Shown here: piece by piece, positions 8,700 to 18,421 of the stretch | Numbering within the stretch: position 1 is the first letter of the stretch | How the letters are laid out: every line of letters begins with the position of its first letter | Source: a virus | Lineage: Duplodnaviria; Heunggongvirae; Uroviricota; Caudoviricetes | Direction: 5' to 3' (one strand) | Length of the DNA stretch: 33,013 nucleotides | IMG/VR virus record: IMGVR_UViG_3300014846_000073 | Position numbers and translations under genes: made by a program | Notes under the pieces: generated by a model | What the model was told of the DNA's origin: nothing | Databases searched by the model: none | Seen by the model: the letters and a program-made list of their open reading frames with translations, nothing else

Positions 8700-10471
8700 C
8701 AGTAAAACTCCAGAATGGTGGATGTCAGCGGGGTGCTGATACCGGCGGTGAGTGGCTCATTTAACAGGGCGTGCATGGTCGCCCAGGCGAGGTCGGCGTG
8801 GCTGGCTTCCTCGCTGCGGCTGGCCTCATAGGTGGCGCTGCGTCCGCTGCTGGTCATGGTCTTGCGGATAGCCATAAACGAGCTGGTGATGTCGGTGGCG
8901 CTGACGTCATATTCCAGACAGCCACGACGGATAACGTCTTTTGCCTTGAGCACCATTGCGGTTTTCATTTCCGGTGTGTAGCGGATATCGCGCGCGGCGG
9001 GATAGAACGAGCGCACGAGCTGGAACACGCCGACACCGAGGCCGGTGGCATCAATACCGATGTATTCGACGTTATATTTTTCGGTGAGTTTGCGGATGGA
9101 TTCCGCCTGGGTGGCAAAGTCCATGCCTTTCCACTGGTGACGCTCAAGTATTCTGAATTTGCCACCGGCCACCACCGGCGGTGCCAGTACCACGCATCCG
9201 GCGCTGTCGCCACGGTGTGACGGGTCGTAACCAATCCATACCGGGCGGGAGCCGAACGGATTGGCGGCAAACGGCGCATAGTCTTCCCATTCTTCCAGCG
9301 TGTCGACCATGCAGCGTTGCAGCTCCTCGAACGGGAACACCGATGCCTTGTCGTCAACAAATTCACACATGAACAGGTTTTTAAAATCGTCGGCGCTGTT
9401 TTCGCGTTTGAGCTGCTCAATGTCGAACAGCGTGCAGCCACCTTTCAGGGCGTCCTCAATGGTGACAATCTGCCGCCACTGGCCGTCTGCACAGAGAAGC
9501 CCACCGGCAAGGGCGTTATGACTGACGTCGATTTCCACGCGTTCGGCGGCGCTGGCGCGTCCCCGGTTAAACAGTTCACCCGACCAGAACGGGTAGGCGT
9601 CGTGCGCCAGCGTGGACGGGGTGGAGAAATAGGTCGAACGCAGGTGACTCTGTGAGGCCATACCTGATGCCACCTTACGCAGTACCTGAAAATTCGGGAT
9701 CCAGAAAATCTCGTCGACGTACAGGTCGCCGTTATGGCTCTGTGCGGTGTTGGAGTTGGTGCCGAGAAAAATCAGTTTTGCGCCGTTATTGCCCAGGACA
9801 ATCGGGTCACCGGTCAGGTCAACGTCAACCAGCCGGGCAAAGGCGATGATGTATTCACGGAACACATACGCCTGCGTTTTACTGGCCGACAGAAAAATCT
9901 GGTTATGGCCGGTTTTCAGGGCGCGCAGCAGCGCCTCGCGGGAAAAATAAAACGTCGCGCCAATCTGGCGGGATTTCAGGATATCGCGGATGCGGTGCTC
10001 AAGCCCGGCGCGATACCAGTGCAACTGATATTCGAAAGACTGCTCAAAGAAAATCTGCTCCAGCTTTTCGATAGCCTCGTCGCTGAAAAAATTCTTTTTC
10101 GGTTTGCGCCGCCCGCCTTTGTTGCGGTTAGCGATGTTCGGATTAAGGTCTGCCTCGTTGCCGGTCTGGTTGTAGCGGTTTACCCGTGCCAGTCGTTCAA
10201 TCTGGCGTCCGAGCAGGTCAATTTCCTTGAAGTCACCGCCGGTTTTCTGCGGTTTTATGATGAGCTGGGTCAGCCGCGCTTCCAGACTCATTTCGACACG
10301 GCTGATGGGAGCAACGCTGTCCCAGCCGTCGCGCTGTTTCCAGCTCTGCACCGTCGGGCGTTTCATCTGCAACATGGCGGCAATCTGCGGCACGGAAAAC
10401 CCCTGCCAGTACAGCAGCGCCGCCTGACGACGCGGGTCGTGTAAAAGAGTGGTGTCTGTGGTGATGGTCAT
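8699..10471 (-). CDS. P: terminase large (ATPase) subunit
   Basis: 590 aa from ATG 10471 (MTITTDTTLLHDPRRQAALLYWQGFSVPQIA...) preceded by a GAGG ribosome-binding site; matches P2 gpP; the ORF-track start at 10501 is probably too long. Confidence 0.9.
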   Translation of the reverse strand: MTITTDTTLLHDPRRQAALLYWQGFSVPQIAAMLQMKRPTVQSWKQRDGWDSVAPISRVEMSLEARLTQLIIKPQKTGGDFKEIDLLGRQIERLARVNRYNQTGNEADLNPNIANRNKGGRRKPKKNFFSDEAIEKLEQIFFEQSFEYQLHWYRAGLEHRIRDILKSRQIGATFYFSREALLRALKTGHNQIFLSASKTQAYVFREYIIAFARLVDVDLTGDPIVLGNNGAKLIFLGTNSNTAQSHNGDLYVDEIFWIPNFQVLRKVASGMASQSHLRSTYFSTPSTLAHDAYPFWSGELFNRGRASAAERVEIDVSHNALAGGLLCADGQWRQIVTIEDALKGGCTLFDIEQLKRENSADDFKNLFMCEFVDDKASVFPFEELQRCMVDTLEEWEDYAPFAANPFGSRPVWIGYDPSHRGDSAGCVVLAPPVVAGGKFRILERHQWKGMDFATQAESIRKLTEKYNVEYIGIDATGLGVGVFQLVRSFYPAARDIRYTPEMKTAMVLKAKDVIRRGCLEYDVSATDITSSFMAIRKTMTSSGRSATYEASRSEEASHADLAWATMHALLNEPLTAGISTPLTSTILEFY

Positions 10472-10644
10472 GAATACCTCGCCGTGATGAATACACGGCA
10501 AGGCTACTGAGTCGCGCCCCGCGATTCGCTAAGGTGCTGTTGTGTCAGTGATAAGCCATCCGGGACTGATGGCGGAGGATGCGCATCGTCGGGAAACTGA
10601 TGCCGACATGTGACTCCTCTAATCACTATTCAGGACTCCTGACA
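10472..10644. promoter_or_regulatory. divergent late-promoter region between P and O
   Basis: Intergenic region between divergent late genes; contains a TGT-N12-CAC partial dyad resembling the Ogr-dependent late-promoter element; exact promoter not resolved. Confidence 0.35.
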
Positions 10645-11499
10645 ATGGCAAAAAAAGTCTCAAAATTCTTTCGTATCGGCGTTGAGGGTGACACCTGTGA
10701 CGGGCGTGTCATCAGTGCGCAGGATATTCAGGAAATGGCCGAAACCTTTGACCCGCGAGTCTATGGTTGCCGCATTAACCTGGAACATCTGCGCGGCGTC
10801 CTGCCTGACGGTATTTTTAAGCGTTATGGCGATGTGGTCGAACTGAAGGCCGAAAAGATTGACGATGATTCGGCGCTGAAAGGCAAATGGGCGCTGTTTG
10901 CGAAAATCACCCCGACCGATGACCTTATCGCGATGAACAAGGCCGCGCAGAAGGTCTACACCTCAATGGAAATTCAGCCGAACTTTGCCAACACCGGCAA
11001 ATGTTATCTGGTGGGGCTGGCCGTCACCGATGACCCGGCAAGCCTCGGCACGGAATACCTGGAATTCTGCCGCACGGCAAAACACAACCCTCTGAACCGC
11101 TTCAAATTAAGCCCTGAAAATCTGATTTCAGTGGCAACGCCCGTTGAGCTGGAATTTGAAGACCTGCCTGAAACCGTGTTCACCGCCCTGACCGAAAAGG
11201 TGAAATCCATTTTTGGCCGCAAACAGGCCAGCGATGACGCCCGTCTGAATGACGTGCATGAAGCGGTGACCGCTGTTGCTGAACATGTGCAGGAAAAACT
11301 GAGCGCCACTGAGCAGCGCCTCGCTGAGGTGGAAACCGCCTTTTCCGCACTTAAGCAGGAGGTGACTGACAGGGCGGATGAAACCAGCCAGGCATTCACC
11401 CGCCTGAAAAACAGTCTCGACCACACCGAAAGTCTGACCCAGCAGCGCCGCAGCAAGGCCACCGGTGGTGGCGGTGACGCCCTGATGACGAACTGCTGA
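10645..11499 (+). CDS. O: capsid scaffolding protein
   Basis: 284 aa from internal ATG 10645 (MAKKVSKFFRIGVEGDTCDGRV...), matching P2 gpO; the ORF-track start at 10579 is an upstream in-frame extension. Confidence 0.88.
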   Translation: MAKKVSKFFRIGVEGDTCDGRVISAQDIQEMAETFDPRVYGCRINLEHLRGVLPDGIFKRYGDVVELKAEKIDDDSALKGKWALFAKITPTDDLIAMNKAAQKVYTSMEIQPNFANTGKCYLVGLAVTDDPASLGTEYLEFCRTAKHNPLNRFKLSPENLISVATPVELEFEDLPETVFTALTEKVKSIFGRKQASDDARLNDVHEAVTAVAEHVQEKLSATEQRLAEVETAFSALKQEVTDRADETSQAFTRLKNSLDHTESLTQQRRSKATGGGGDALMTNC

Positions 11500-11557
11500 C
11501 CGGCGTCAGCCAGTCCGGGAAAACCTTCACGATTAACCCTTAATTTCAGGAAAAACT

Positions 11558-12631
11558 ATGCGCCAGGAAACCCGCTTTAAATTTAATGCCTACCTGTCCC
11601 GTGTTGCCGAACTGAACGGCATTGACGCCGGTGATGTGTCGAAAAAATTCACCGTTGAACCTTCGGTCACCCAGACCCTGATGAACACCATGCAGGAGTC
11701 CTCTGACTTTCTGACCCGCATCAACATTGTGCCGGTCAGCGAAATGAAAGGGGAAAAAATTGGTATCGGTGTCACCGGCTCCATCGCCAGCACCACCGAC
11801 ACTGCCGGTGGCACCGAGCGTCAGCCGAAGGACTTCTCGAAGCTGGCGTCAAACAAGTACGAATGCGACCAGATTAACTTCGATTTTTATATCCGCTACA
11901 AAACGCTTGACCTGTGGGCGCGTTATCAGGATTTCCAGCTCCGTGTCCGTAACGCCATTATCAAACGTCAGTCCCTTGATTTCATCATGGCCGGTTTTAA
12001 CGGCGTGAAGCGTGCCGAAACCTCTGACCGCAGCAGCAATCCGATGCTGCAGGATGTGGCGGTCGGCTGGCTGCAGAAATACCGCAATGAAGCCCCGGCG
12101 CGCGTGATGAGCAAGGTCACTGACGAGGAAGGGCACACCACCTCTGAGGTCATCCGCGTGGGTAAGGGCGGTGATTATGCCAGCCTTGATGCACTGGTGA
12201 TGGATGCGACCAACAACCTGATTGAACCGTGGTATCAGGAAGACCCTGACCTTGTGGTGATTGTGGGGCGTCAGCTACTGGCGGACAAGTATTTTCCCAT
12301 CGTCAACAAGGAGCAGGACAACAGCGAAATGCTGGCCGCTGACGTCATCATCAGCCAGAAACGCATCGGCAACCTGCCAGCGGTACGCGTCCCGTACTTC
12401 CCGGCGGATGCGATGCTCATCACGAAGCTGGAAAACCTGTCCATCTACTACATGGATGACAGCCATCGCCGCGTGATTGAGGAAAACCCGAAACTCGACC
12501 GCGTGGAGAACTACGAGTCAATGAACATTGATTACGTGGTGGAGGACTACGCCGTCGGTTGTCTGGTGGAAAAAATTAAGGTCGGTGATTTCTCCACACC
12601 GGCTAAGGCGACCGCAGAGCCGGGAGCGTAA
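11558..12631 (+). CDS. N: major capsid protein
   Basis: 357 aa, MRQETRFKFNAYLSRVAELNGIDAGDVSKKF...; matches P2 gpN in length and sequence. Confidence 0.92.
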   Translation: MRQETRFKFNAYLSRVAELNGIDAGDVSKKFTVEPSVTQTLMNTMQESSDFLTRINIVPVSEMKGEKIGIGVTGSIASTTDTAGGTERQPKDFSKLASNKYECDQINFDFYIRYKTLDLWARYQDFQLRVRNAIIKRQSLDFIMAGFNGVKRAETSDRSSNPMLQDVAVGWLQKYRNEAPARVMSKVTDEEGHTTSEVIRVGKGGDYASLDALVMDATNNLIEPWYQEDPDLVVIVGRQLLADKYFPIVNKEQDNSEMLAADVIISQKRIGNLPAVRVPYFPADAMLITKLENLSIYYMDDSHRRVIEENPKLDRVENYESMNIDYVVEDYAVGCLVEKIKVGDFSTPAKATAEPGA

Positions 12632-12634
12632 CCG

Positions 12635-13378
12635 ATGACGAGTCCCGCACAGCGCCACATGATGCGGGTCTCGGCAGCGATGACCGCGCAGCGGGAAGCC
12701 GCCCCGCTGCGACATGCAACTGTCTATGAGCAGATGCTGGTTAAGCTCGCCGCAGACCAGCGCACACTGAAAGCGATTTATTCAAAAGAGCTGAAGGCCG
12801 CGAAAAAGCGCGAACTGCTGCCGTTCTGGTTGCCGTGGGTGAACGGCGTGCTGGAGCAGGGCAAAGGCGCACAGGATGACATTCTGATGACGGTCATGCT
12901 GTGGCGTCTGGATACCGGCGATATTGCCGGTGCGCTGGAGATTGCCCGTTATGCCCTGAAATACGGTCTGACCATGCCGGGTAAACACCGCCGCACCCCG
13001 CCGTACATGTTCACCGAGGAGGTGGCGCTTGCGGCCATGCGCGCCCACGCGGCCGGTGAGTCTGTGGATACCCGCCTGCTGACGGAGACCCTTGAACTGA
13101 CTGCCGCTGCTGACATGCCTGATGAAGTGCGCGCAAAGCTGCACAAAATCACCGGTCTGTTTCTGCGTGACGGTGGTGATGCCGCCGGTGCGCTGGCTCA
13201 CCTGCAACGTGCGACACAGCTCGACTGTCAGGCAGGCGTCAAAAAAGAGATTGAACGACTGGAGCGGGAGCTGAAACCGAAGCCGGAGCCGCAACCCAAA
13301 GCGGCCACCCGCGCCCCGCGTAAGACCCGGAGCGTGACACCGGCAAAACGTGGACGCCCGAAAAAGAAAGCCAGTTAA
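12635..13378 (+). CDS. M: terminase small (endonuclease) subunit
   Basis: 247 aa; position and length match P2 gpM. Confidence 0.88.
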   Translation: MTSPAQRHMMRVSAAMTAQREAAPLRHATVYEQMLVKLAADQRTLKAIYSKELKAAKKRELLPFWLPWVNGVLEQGKGAQDDILMTVMLWRLDTGDIAGALEIARYALKYGLTMPGKHRRTPPYMFTEEVALAAMRAHAAGESVDTRLLTETLELTAAADMPDEVRAKLHKITGLFLRDGGDAAGALAHLQRATQLDCQAGVKKEIERLERELKPKPEPQPKAATRAPRKTRSVTPAKRGRPKKKAS

Positions 13379-13477
13379 CAACCGAATGCGCCCCGCGCCA
13401 GGGCGGCACGCCGGTCAGTGAGGGTGAATCACCTGACACTGCACCGGCGTCCACCGCCCGACTTTTCAGAGGTAGTC

Positions 13478-13987
13478 ATGATGACGCTGATTATTCCGCG
13501 AAAGGAGGCTCCCGTGTCCGGTGAGGGTACGGTGGTCATCCCGCAACCGGCAGGCGACGAGCCGGTGATTAAAAACACGTTCTTTTTTCCCGATATCGAC
13601 CCGAAGCGCGTCCGGGAACGTATGCGCCTTGAGCAGACCGTCGCCCCCGCCCGTCTGCGTGAGGCCATCAAGTCAGGCATGGCGGAGACGAATGCGGAGC
13701 TGTACGAGTACCGCGAACAGAAAATTGCTGCCGGTTTTACGCGTCTGGCGGACGTCCCGGCGGACGACATCGACGGTGAAAGCATCAAAGTTTTTTACTA
13801 CGAGCGCGCCGTGTGTGCGATGGCAACCGCATCGCTTTATGAGCGTTATCGCGGCGTGGATGCCAGTGCGAAAGGCGACAAGAAGGCCGACAGCATTGAC
13901 AGCACCATTGATGAGCTGTGGCGGGATATGCGCTGGGCAGTGGCGCGCATCCAGGACAAGCCGCGCTGCATCGTGAGTCAAATCTGA
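13478..13987 (+). CDS. L: head completion/stabilisation protein
   Basis: 169 aa from ATG 13478 (MMTLIIPRKEAPVSGEG...) with GAGG ribosome-binding site; stop overlaps the X start. Confidence 0.85.
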   Translation: MMTLIIPRKEAPVSGEGTVVIPQPAGDEPVIKNTFFFPDIDPKRVRERMRLEQTVAPARLREAIKSGMAETNAELYEYREQKIAAGFTRLADVPADDIDGESIKVFYYERAVCAMATASLYERYRGVDASAKGDKKADSIDSTIDELWRDMRWAVARIQDKPRCIVSQI

Positions 13988-14190
13988 TGAAGACCTTTGC
14001 GCTACAGGGCGACACGCTCGACGCCATCTGTGTCCGGTATTACGGGCGCACTGAGGGCGTGGTTGAGACCGTGCTCGCCGCAAATCCGGGACTGGCTGAA
14101 CTGGGTGCGGTGCTGCCACACGGCACCGCCGTCGAACTGCCCGACGTTCAGACCGCGCCCGTGGCTGAAACTGTCAATCTGTGGGAGTAA
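13987..14190 (+). CDS. X: tail protein X
   Basis: 67 aa from ATG 13987 (MKTFALQGDTLDAICVRYYGRTEGV...); matches P2 gpX. Confidence 0.85.
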   Translation: MKTFALQGDTLDAICVRYYGRTEGVVETVLAANPGLAELGAVLPHGTAVELPDVQTAPVAETVNLWE

Positions 14191-14193
14191 CGC

Positions 14194-14475
14194 ATGACAG
14201 CAGAAGAAAAAAGCGTCCTGTCGCTTTTCATGATTGGGGTGTTGATTGTTGTCGGCAAGGTGCTTGCCGGTGGTGAACCAATCACCCCGCGTCTGTTTAT
14301 CGGGCGCATGTTGCTCGGTGGTTTTGTCTCGATGGTTGCCGGTGTTGTTCTGGTGCAGTTTCCTGACCTGTCACTGCCTGCGGTGTGCGGTATCGGCTCC
14401 ATGCTGGGTATCGCCGGTTATCAGGTGATTGAGATTGCCATTCAGCGCCGTTTTAAGGGCAGGGGGAAACAGTAA
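14194..14475 (+). CDS. Y: holin
   Basis: 93 aa with hydrophobic transmembrane segments and a charged C-terminus (RRFKGRGKQ); first gene of the lysis cassette. Confidence 0.88.
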   Translation: MTAEEKSVLSLFMIGVLIVVGKVLAGGEPITPRLFIGRMLLGGFVSMVAGVVLVQFPDLSLPAVCGIGSMLGIAGYQVIEIAIQRRFKGRGKQ

Positions 14476-14972
14476 TGCCGGTAATTAACACGCATCAGAA
14501 TATCGCGGCCTTTCTCGACATGCTGGCCGTGTCCGAAGGGACGGCGAATCATCCGCTGACGAAAAACCGGGGCTATGACGTGATAGTCACCGGACTGGAC
14601 GGGAAGCCGGAAATTTTCACTGACTACAGTGACCACCCGTTTGCGCATGGCCGACCGGCGAAGGTGTTTAACCGTCGCGGTGAAAAATCCACGGCCTCCG
14701 GTCGCTATCAGCAGCTTTACCTGTTCTGGCCGCACTACCGCAAACAGCTTGCCCTGCCGGATTTCAGTCCGTTGTCACAGGACAGGCTCGCCATTCAGTT
14801 GATCCGCGAACGCGGTGCACTGGATGACATCCGGGCGGGACGCATTGAGCGCGCCATTTCACGCTGTCGCAATATCTGGGCGTCCCTGCCGGGTGCCGGT
14901 TACGGTCAGCGTGAGCATTCACTGGAAAAACTGGTCACCGTCTGGCGTACCGCCGGCGGCGTACCGGCTTAA
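14475..14972 (+). CDS. K: endolysin (lysozyme)
   Basis: 165 aa; position and length match P2 gpK. Confidence 0.88.
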   Translation: MPVINTHQNIAAFLDMLAVSEGTANHPLTKNRGYDVIVTGLDGKPEIFTDYSDHPFAHGRPAKVFNRRGEKSTASGRYQQLYLFWPHYRKQLALPDFSPLSQDRLAIQLIRERGALDDIRAGRIERAISRCRNIWASLPGAGYGQREHSLEKLVTVWRTAGGVPA

Positions 14973-14986
14973 ACGGAGTAAACACC

Positions 14987-15412
14987 ATGAAGAAATTATC
15001 CCTTTCACTGATGCTGAATGTGTCGCTGGCGCTGATGCTGGCACTGTCCCTGATTTACCCGCAGAGCGTGGCCGTCAGTTTTGTCGCCACCTGGGCGATT
15101 CTGGCGACGGTTATCTTTGTGGTTGCCGGTGGTGTCGGTGTGTATGCCACTGAGTATGTACTGGAACGCTATGGACGGGAGCTGCCGCCGGAATCGCTGG
15201 CCGTGAAGATTGTCACGTCGCTGTTTTTGCAGCCGGTGCCGTGGCGCAGACGGGCAGTAGCTCTGGTGGTGATGGTGGCGACATTTATCTCGCTGGTCGC
15301 TGCCGGGTGGATTTTTACCGCGCTGATTTATCTCGTGGCATCGGTGTTCTTCCGGCTGATACGTACGGCCTGCCGTCAGCGTTTTGAGGGGCGGGAACCA
15401 TGTCAAGGCTGA
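14987..15412 (+). CDS. lysA: lysis timing/membrane protein LysA
   Basis: 141-aa strongly hydrophobic protein with several predicted transmembrane helices, following the endolysin gene. Confidence 0.75.
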   Translation: MKKLSLSLMLNVSLALMLALSLIYPQSVAVSFVATWAILATVIFVVAGGVGVYATEYVLERYGRELPPESLAVKIVTSLFLQPVPWRRRAVALVVMVATFISLVAAGWIFTALIYLVASVFFRLIRTACRQRFEGREPCQG

Positions 15413-15825
15413 TGATTGTGCTGGTCGTGTTGTTATCGCTGGCGGTGGCGGGTCTGTTTCTGGCGAAGCATAAAAACGCCAGCCTGCGCACCTCACTGGA
15501 CAGGGCAAACAACGTAGCCAGCGAGCAACAGGCGACCATCACCATGCTGAAAAATCAGCTTCATGTTGCGCTCACCAGGGCAGACAAAAACGAGCTGGCG
15601 CAGGTGGCACTGCGTCAGGAACTGGAAAACGCCGCGAAGCGTGAAGCTCAGCGCGAGAAAACCATCACGAGATTACTCAATGAAAACGAAGATTTCCGCC
15701 GCTGGTATGGCGCTGACCTGCCTGATGCTGTGCGCCGGTTGCACCAGCGCCCCGCCTGCACCGACGCCAGTGATTGTCCACAACGCCTGCCCGAAAGTGA
15801 GTCTTTGCCCGATGCCGGGCAGTGA
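15400..15825 (+). CDS. lysB: LysB, Rz-like inner-membrane spanin
   Basis: 141 aa with N-terminal transmembrane helix and coiled-coil-like remainder. Confidence 0.75.
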   Translation: MSRLMIVLVVLLSLAVAGLFLAKHKNASLRTSLDRANNVASEQQATITMLKNQLHVALTRADKNELAQVALRQELENAAKREAQREKTITRLLNENEDFRRWYGADLPDAVRRLHQRPACTDASDCPQRLPESESLPDAGQ

Positions 15826-15970
15826 CCCGCAGACGAACGGCGATTTAAGTGCCGATATCCGGCAGCTTGAGAACGCGCTGGCACGCTGTGCCAGCCAGGT
15901 AAAAATGATTAAACACTGTCAGGACGAAAACGATGCTCAAACCCGACAGCCTGCGCAGGGCGCTGACTGA
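15680..15970 (+). CDS. lysC: LysC, Rz1-like outer-membrane lipoprotein spanin, encoded in the +1 frame overlapping lysB
   Basis: 96 aa from ATG 15680 (MKTKISAAGMALTCLMLCAGC...): lipoprotein signal peptide with lipobox LCAGC, proline-rich. Confidence 0.65.
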   Translation: MKTKISAAGMALTCLMLCAGCTSAPPAPTPVIVHNACPKVSLCPMPGSDPQTNGDLSADIRQLENALARCASQVKMIKHCQDENDAQTRQPAQGAD

Positions 15971-16400
15971 TGCCGTCACGGTGCTGAAAACTAACCCCGA
16001 TATGCTTCGGATATTCGTGGATAACGGGAGTATTGCCTCCACACTGGCGACGTCGCTGTCATTCGAAAAGCGTTACACGCTCAATGTCATTGTGACCGAT
16101 TTTACCGGTGATTTTGACCTGCTCATCGTGCCGGTGCTGGCGTGGCTGCGGGAAAATCAGCCCGACATCATGACCACCGACGAAGGCCAGAAAAAAGGCT
16201 TCACGTTTTATGCAGACATCAACAATGACAGCAGCTTTGATATCAGTATCAGCCTGATGCTGACCGAACGCACGCTGGTCAGTGAGGTGGGCGGCGCGCT
16301 GCATGTGAAGAATATCCCGGAACCCCCGCCGCCGGAGCCGGTCACCCGCCCGATGGAGCTTTATATCAATGGCGAACTGGTGAGTAAGTGGGATGAATGA
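15933..16400 (+). CDS. R: tail completion protein R
   Basis: 155 aa; position and length match P2 gpR. Confidence 0.85.
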   Translation: MLKPDSLRRALTDAVTVLKTNPDMLRIFVDNGSIASTLATSLSFEKRYTLNVIVTDFTGDFDLLIVPVLAWLRENQPDIMTTDEGQKKGFTFYADINNDSSFDISISLMLTERTLVSEVGGALHVKNIPEPPPPEPVTRPMELYINGELVSKWDE

Positions 16401-16845
16401 GTTTAAGCGTTTTGAAGACCGGCTGACCGGACTGATTGAGTCGCTGTCACCGTCTGGGCGTCGGCGACTGAGTGCCGAACTGGCGAAACGTCTGCGGCAG
16501 AGTCAGCAGCGTCGGGTGATGGCACAGAAAGCCCCGGACGGCACACCCTACGCGCCACGCCAGCAGCAGAGCGTCAGAAAAAAGACCGGTCGCGTTAAGC
16601 GAAAAATGTTTGCGAAACTTATTACCAGTCGTTTTTTGCATATCCGTGCCAGCCCGGAGCAGGCATCAATGGAATTTTACGGCGGGAAGTCGCCGAAAAT
16701 CGCCAGTGTGCATCAGTTTGGTCTGTCGGAAGAAAACCGGAAAGACGGTAAGAAAATTGATTATCCGGCGCGTCCCCTGCTCGGCTTTACCGGTGAGGAT
16801 GTGCAGATGATTGAAGAGATTATCCTGGCTCACCTTGAGCGTTAG
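16393..16845 (+). CDS. S: tail completion protein S
   Basis: 150 aa; position and length match P2 gpS. Confidence 0.85.
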   Translation: MNEFKRFEDRLTGLIESLSPSGRRRLSAELAKRLRQSQQRRVMAQKAPDGTPYAPRQQQSVRKKTGRVKRKMFAKLITSRFLHIRASPEQASMEFYGGKSPKIASVHQFGLSEENRKDGKKIDYPARPLLGFTGEDVQMIEEIILAHLER

Positions 16846-16875
16846 TTTTATCCAGGCAGAGGCTGATGCGCAATT

Positions 16876-16910
16876 AAACATTGAGCGGCCATGCTGGTCG
16901 CTCAATGTTT
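16876..16910. terminator. bidirectional hairpin terminator between S and the convergent membrane-protein gene
   Basis: Perfect 12-bp inverted repeat AAACATTGAGCG / CGCTCAATGTTT with 11-nt loop. Confidence 0.45.
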
Positions 16911-16916
16911 AGAGGT

Positions 16917-17702
16917 TTATGAGTGATTTTTATTTGATGCTTTGTATTCTAAAACCTTCTTATTGGCGTAAAAGAATTTTGTATATGACAGGAATATAAC
17001 CAGACCTGAAGTGAAATAGACGAGGGATAGTATTAATAATGCTTTTTTGTGACTGTTATTATCTTTAATCTCCTGGCTTAACCATTCGGAGTCCTCCTCG
17101 TTTAGCTGTAAGAGCTTATTGCAGGCGATCTCAGGAAGTGTGTCTTTTATAAATACGTTTTGCAGTTTCTTGCAATCGGCAAGGCTATAAGTTTTATTAA
17201 ATTCAACTGCTTTGTTTTTGAAGGATAAAAGAACTTTGTCACTATAAACATAGTACATCATGTTTTTATATGGTATGCCTATGGCATCCCTTACTATAAC
17301 GGATTGTTTGTTGTGTATGTAACATGCGAGGAGAATGTAAAAAATACTGGTCAGAATTACAATTATTGTTTTAATTATGTGTGGTGGTTTTGTTATGTCA
17401 CCCCAGATGCGAGTAAGGAAAAAATACGATGTTTTTAGTTTTCCATCAATCAGTCCCTGCTGTATCATTCTCACATTTTCAATGCCTGATACATTGATTC
17501 CGTTAATTATTTTAAATAGTTGAATGTCGCGCCACTCGCGGTCAAGTCTTTTTAATTTTTTGTCTGAATATCCAAAATTGAAATAATGTGCAATAAGCCT
17601 CATAAGGTTACTTTTACCAAAGCTAAAAAATGCTAATACTGCAAAGCTACAAAGGAAAAAAACGATTAGCCCCCACACATTAGTCACATTATAGCTGACC
17701 AT
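16917..17702 (-). CDS. AT-rich accessory membrane protein (three predicted transmembrane helices), inserted between S and V
   Basis: 261-aa minus-strand ORF with hydrophobic stretches VWGLIVFFLCSFAVLAFFSF, IIKTIIVILTSIFYILLACYI and ALLILSLVYFTSGLVIFLSY; composition and orientation differ from the flanking late genes. Confidence 0.6.
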   Translation of the reverse strand: MVSYNVTNVWGLIVFFLCSFAVLAFFSFGKSNLMRLIAHYFNFGYSDKKLKRLDREWRDIQLFKIINGINVSGIENVRMIQQGLIDGKLKTSYFFLTRIWGDITKPPHIIKTIIVILTSIFYILLACYIHNKQSVIVRDAIGIPYKNMMYYVYSDKVLLSFKNKAVEFNKTYSLADCKKLQNVFIKDTLPEIACNKLLQLNEEDSEWLSQEIKDNNSHKKALLILSLVYFTSGLVIFLSYTKFFYANKKVLEYKASNKNHS

Positions 17703-17785
17703 TACGCTCTCCTTGAATGTTGTCTGGTAGTTCTACAAATGAATCCAGATAGCATAACTTTTATATATTGTGCAATCTCACATGC

Positions 17786-18421
17786 ATGAACACTCTCGCA
17801 AATATTCAGGAACTCGCGCGCGCACTGCGCAACATGATTCGCACCGGCATTATCGTCGAAACCGACCTTAACGCCGGTCGCTGCCGCGTGCAGACCGGCG
17901 GCATGTGCACCGACTGGCTTCAGTGGCTGACCCATCGCGCCGGTCGTTCGCGCACATGGTGGGCACCTTCCGTGGGAGAACAGGTGCTGATTCTGTCCGT
18001 GGGCGGTGAACTCGACACGGCATTCGTTCTGCCGGGGATTTATTCCGGCGATAACCCCGCGCCGTCTGCGTCGGCGGATGCCCTGCATATCCGTTTCCCT
18101 GACGGGGCGGTGATTGAGTATGAACCCGAAACCAGTGCACTTACGGTAAGCGGAATTAAAACGGCCAGCGTGACGGCTTCTGATTCTGTTACTGCCACGG
18201 TGCCGGTGGTCATGGTGAAAGCATCAACCCGCGTCACCCTGGACACACCGGAGGTGGTCTGCACCAACAGGCTGATTACCGGCACGCTGGAAGTGCAGAA
18301 GGGCGGGACGATGCGCGGCAACATTGAACACACCGGCGGTGAACTCTCATCAAACGGTAAGGTACTGCATACCCATAAACACCCCGGCGACAGTGGCGGC
18401 ACAACAGGGGGACCTCTATGA
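17786..18421 (+). CDS. V: baseplate spike/assembly protein V
   Basis: 211 aa from ATG 17786 (MNTLANIQELARALRNMIRTGIIVETD...); matches P2 gpV. Confidence 0.9.
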   Translation: MNTLANIQELARALRNMIRTGIIVETDLNAGRCRVQTGGMCTDWLQWLTHRAGRSRTWWAPSVGEQVLILSVGGELDTAFVLPGIYSGDNPAPSASADALHIRFPDGAVIEYEPETSALTVSGIKTASVTASDSVTATVPVVMVKASTRVTLDTPEVVCTNRLITGTLEVQKGGTMRGNIEHTGGELSSNGKVLHTHKHPGDSGGTTGGPL

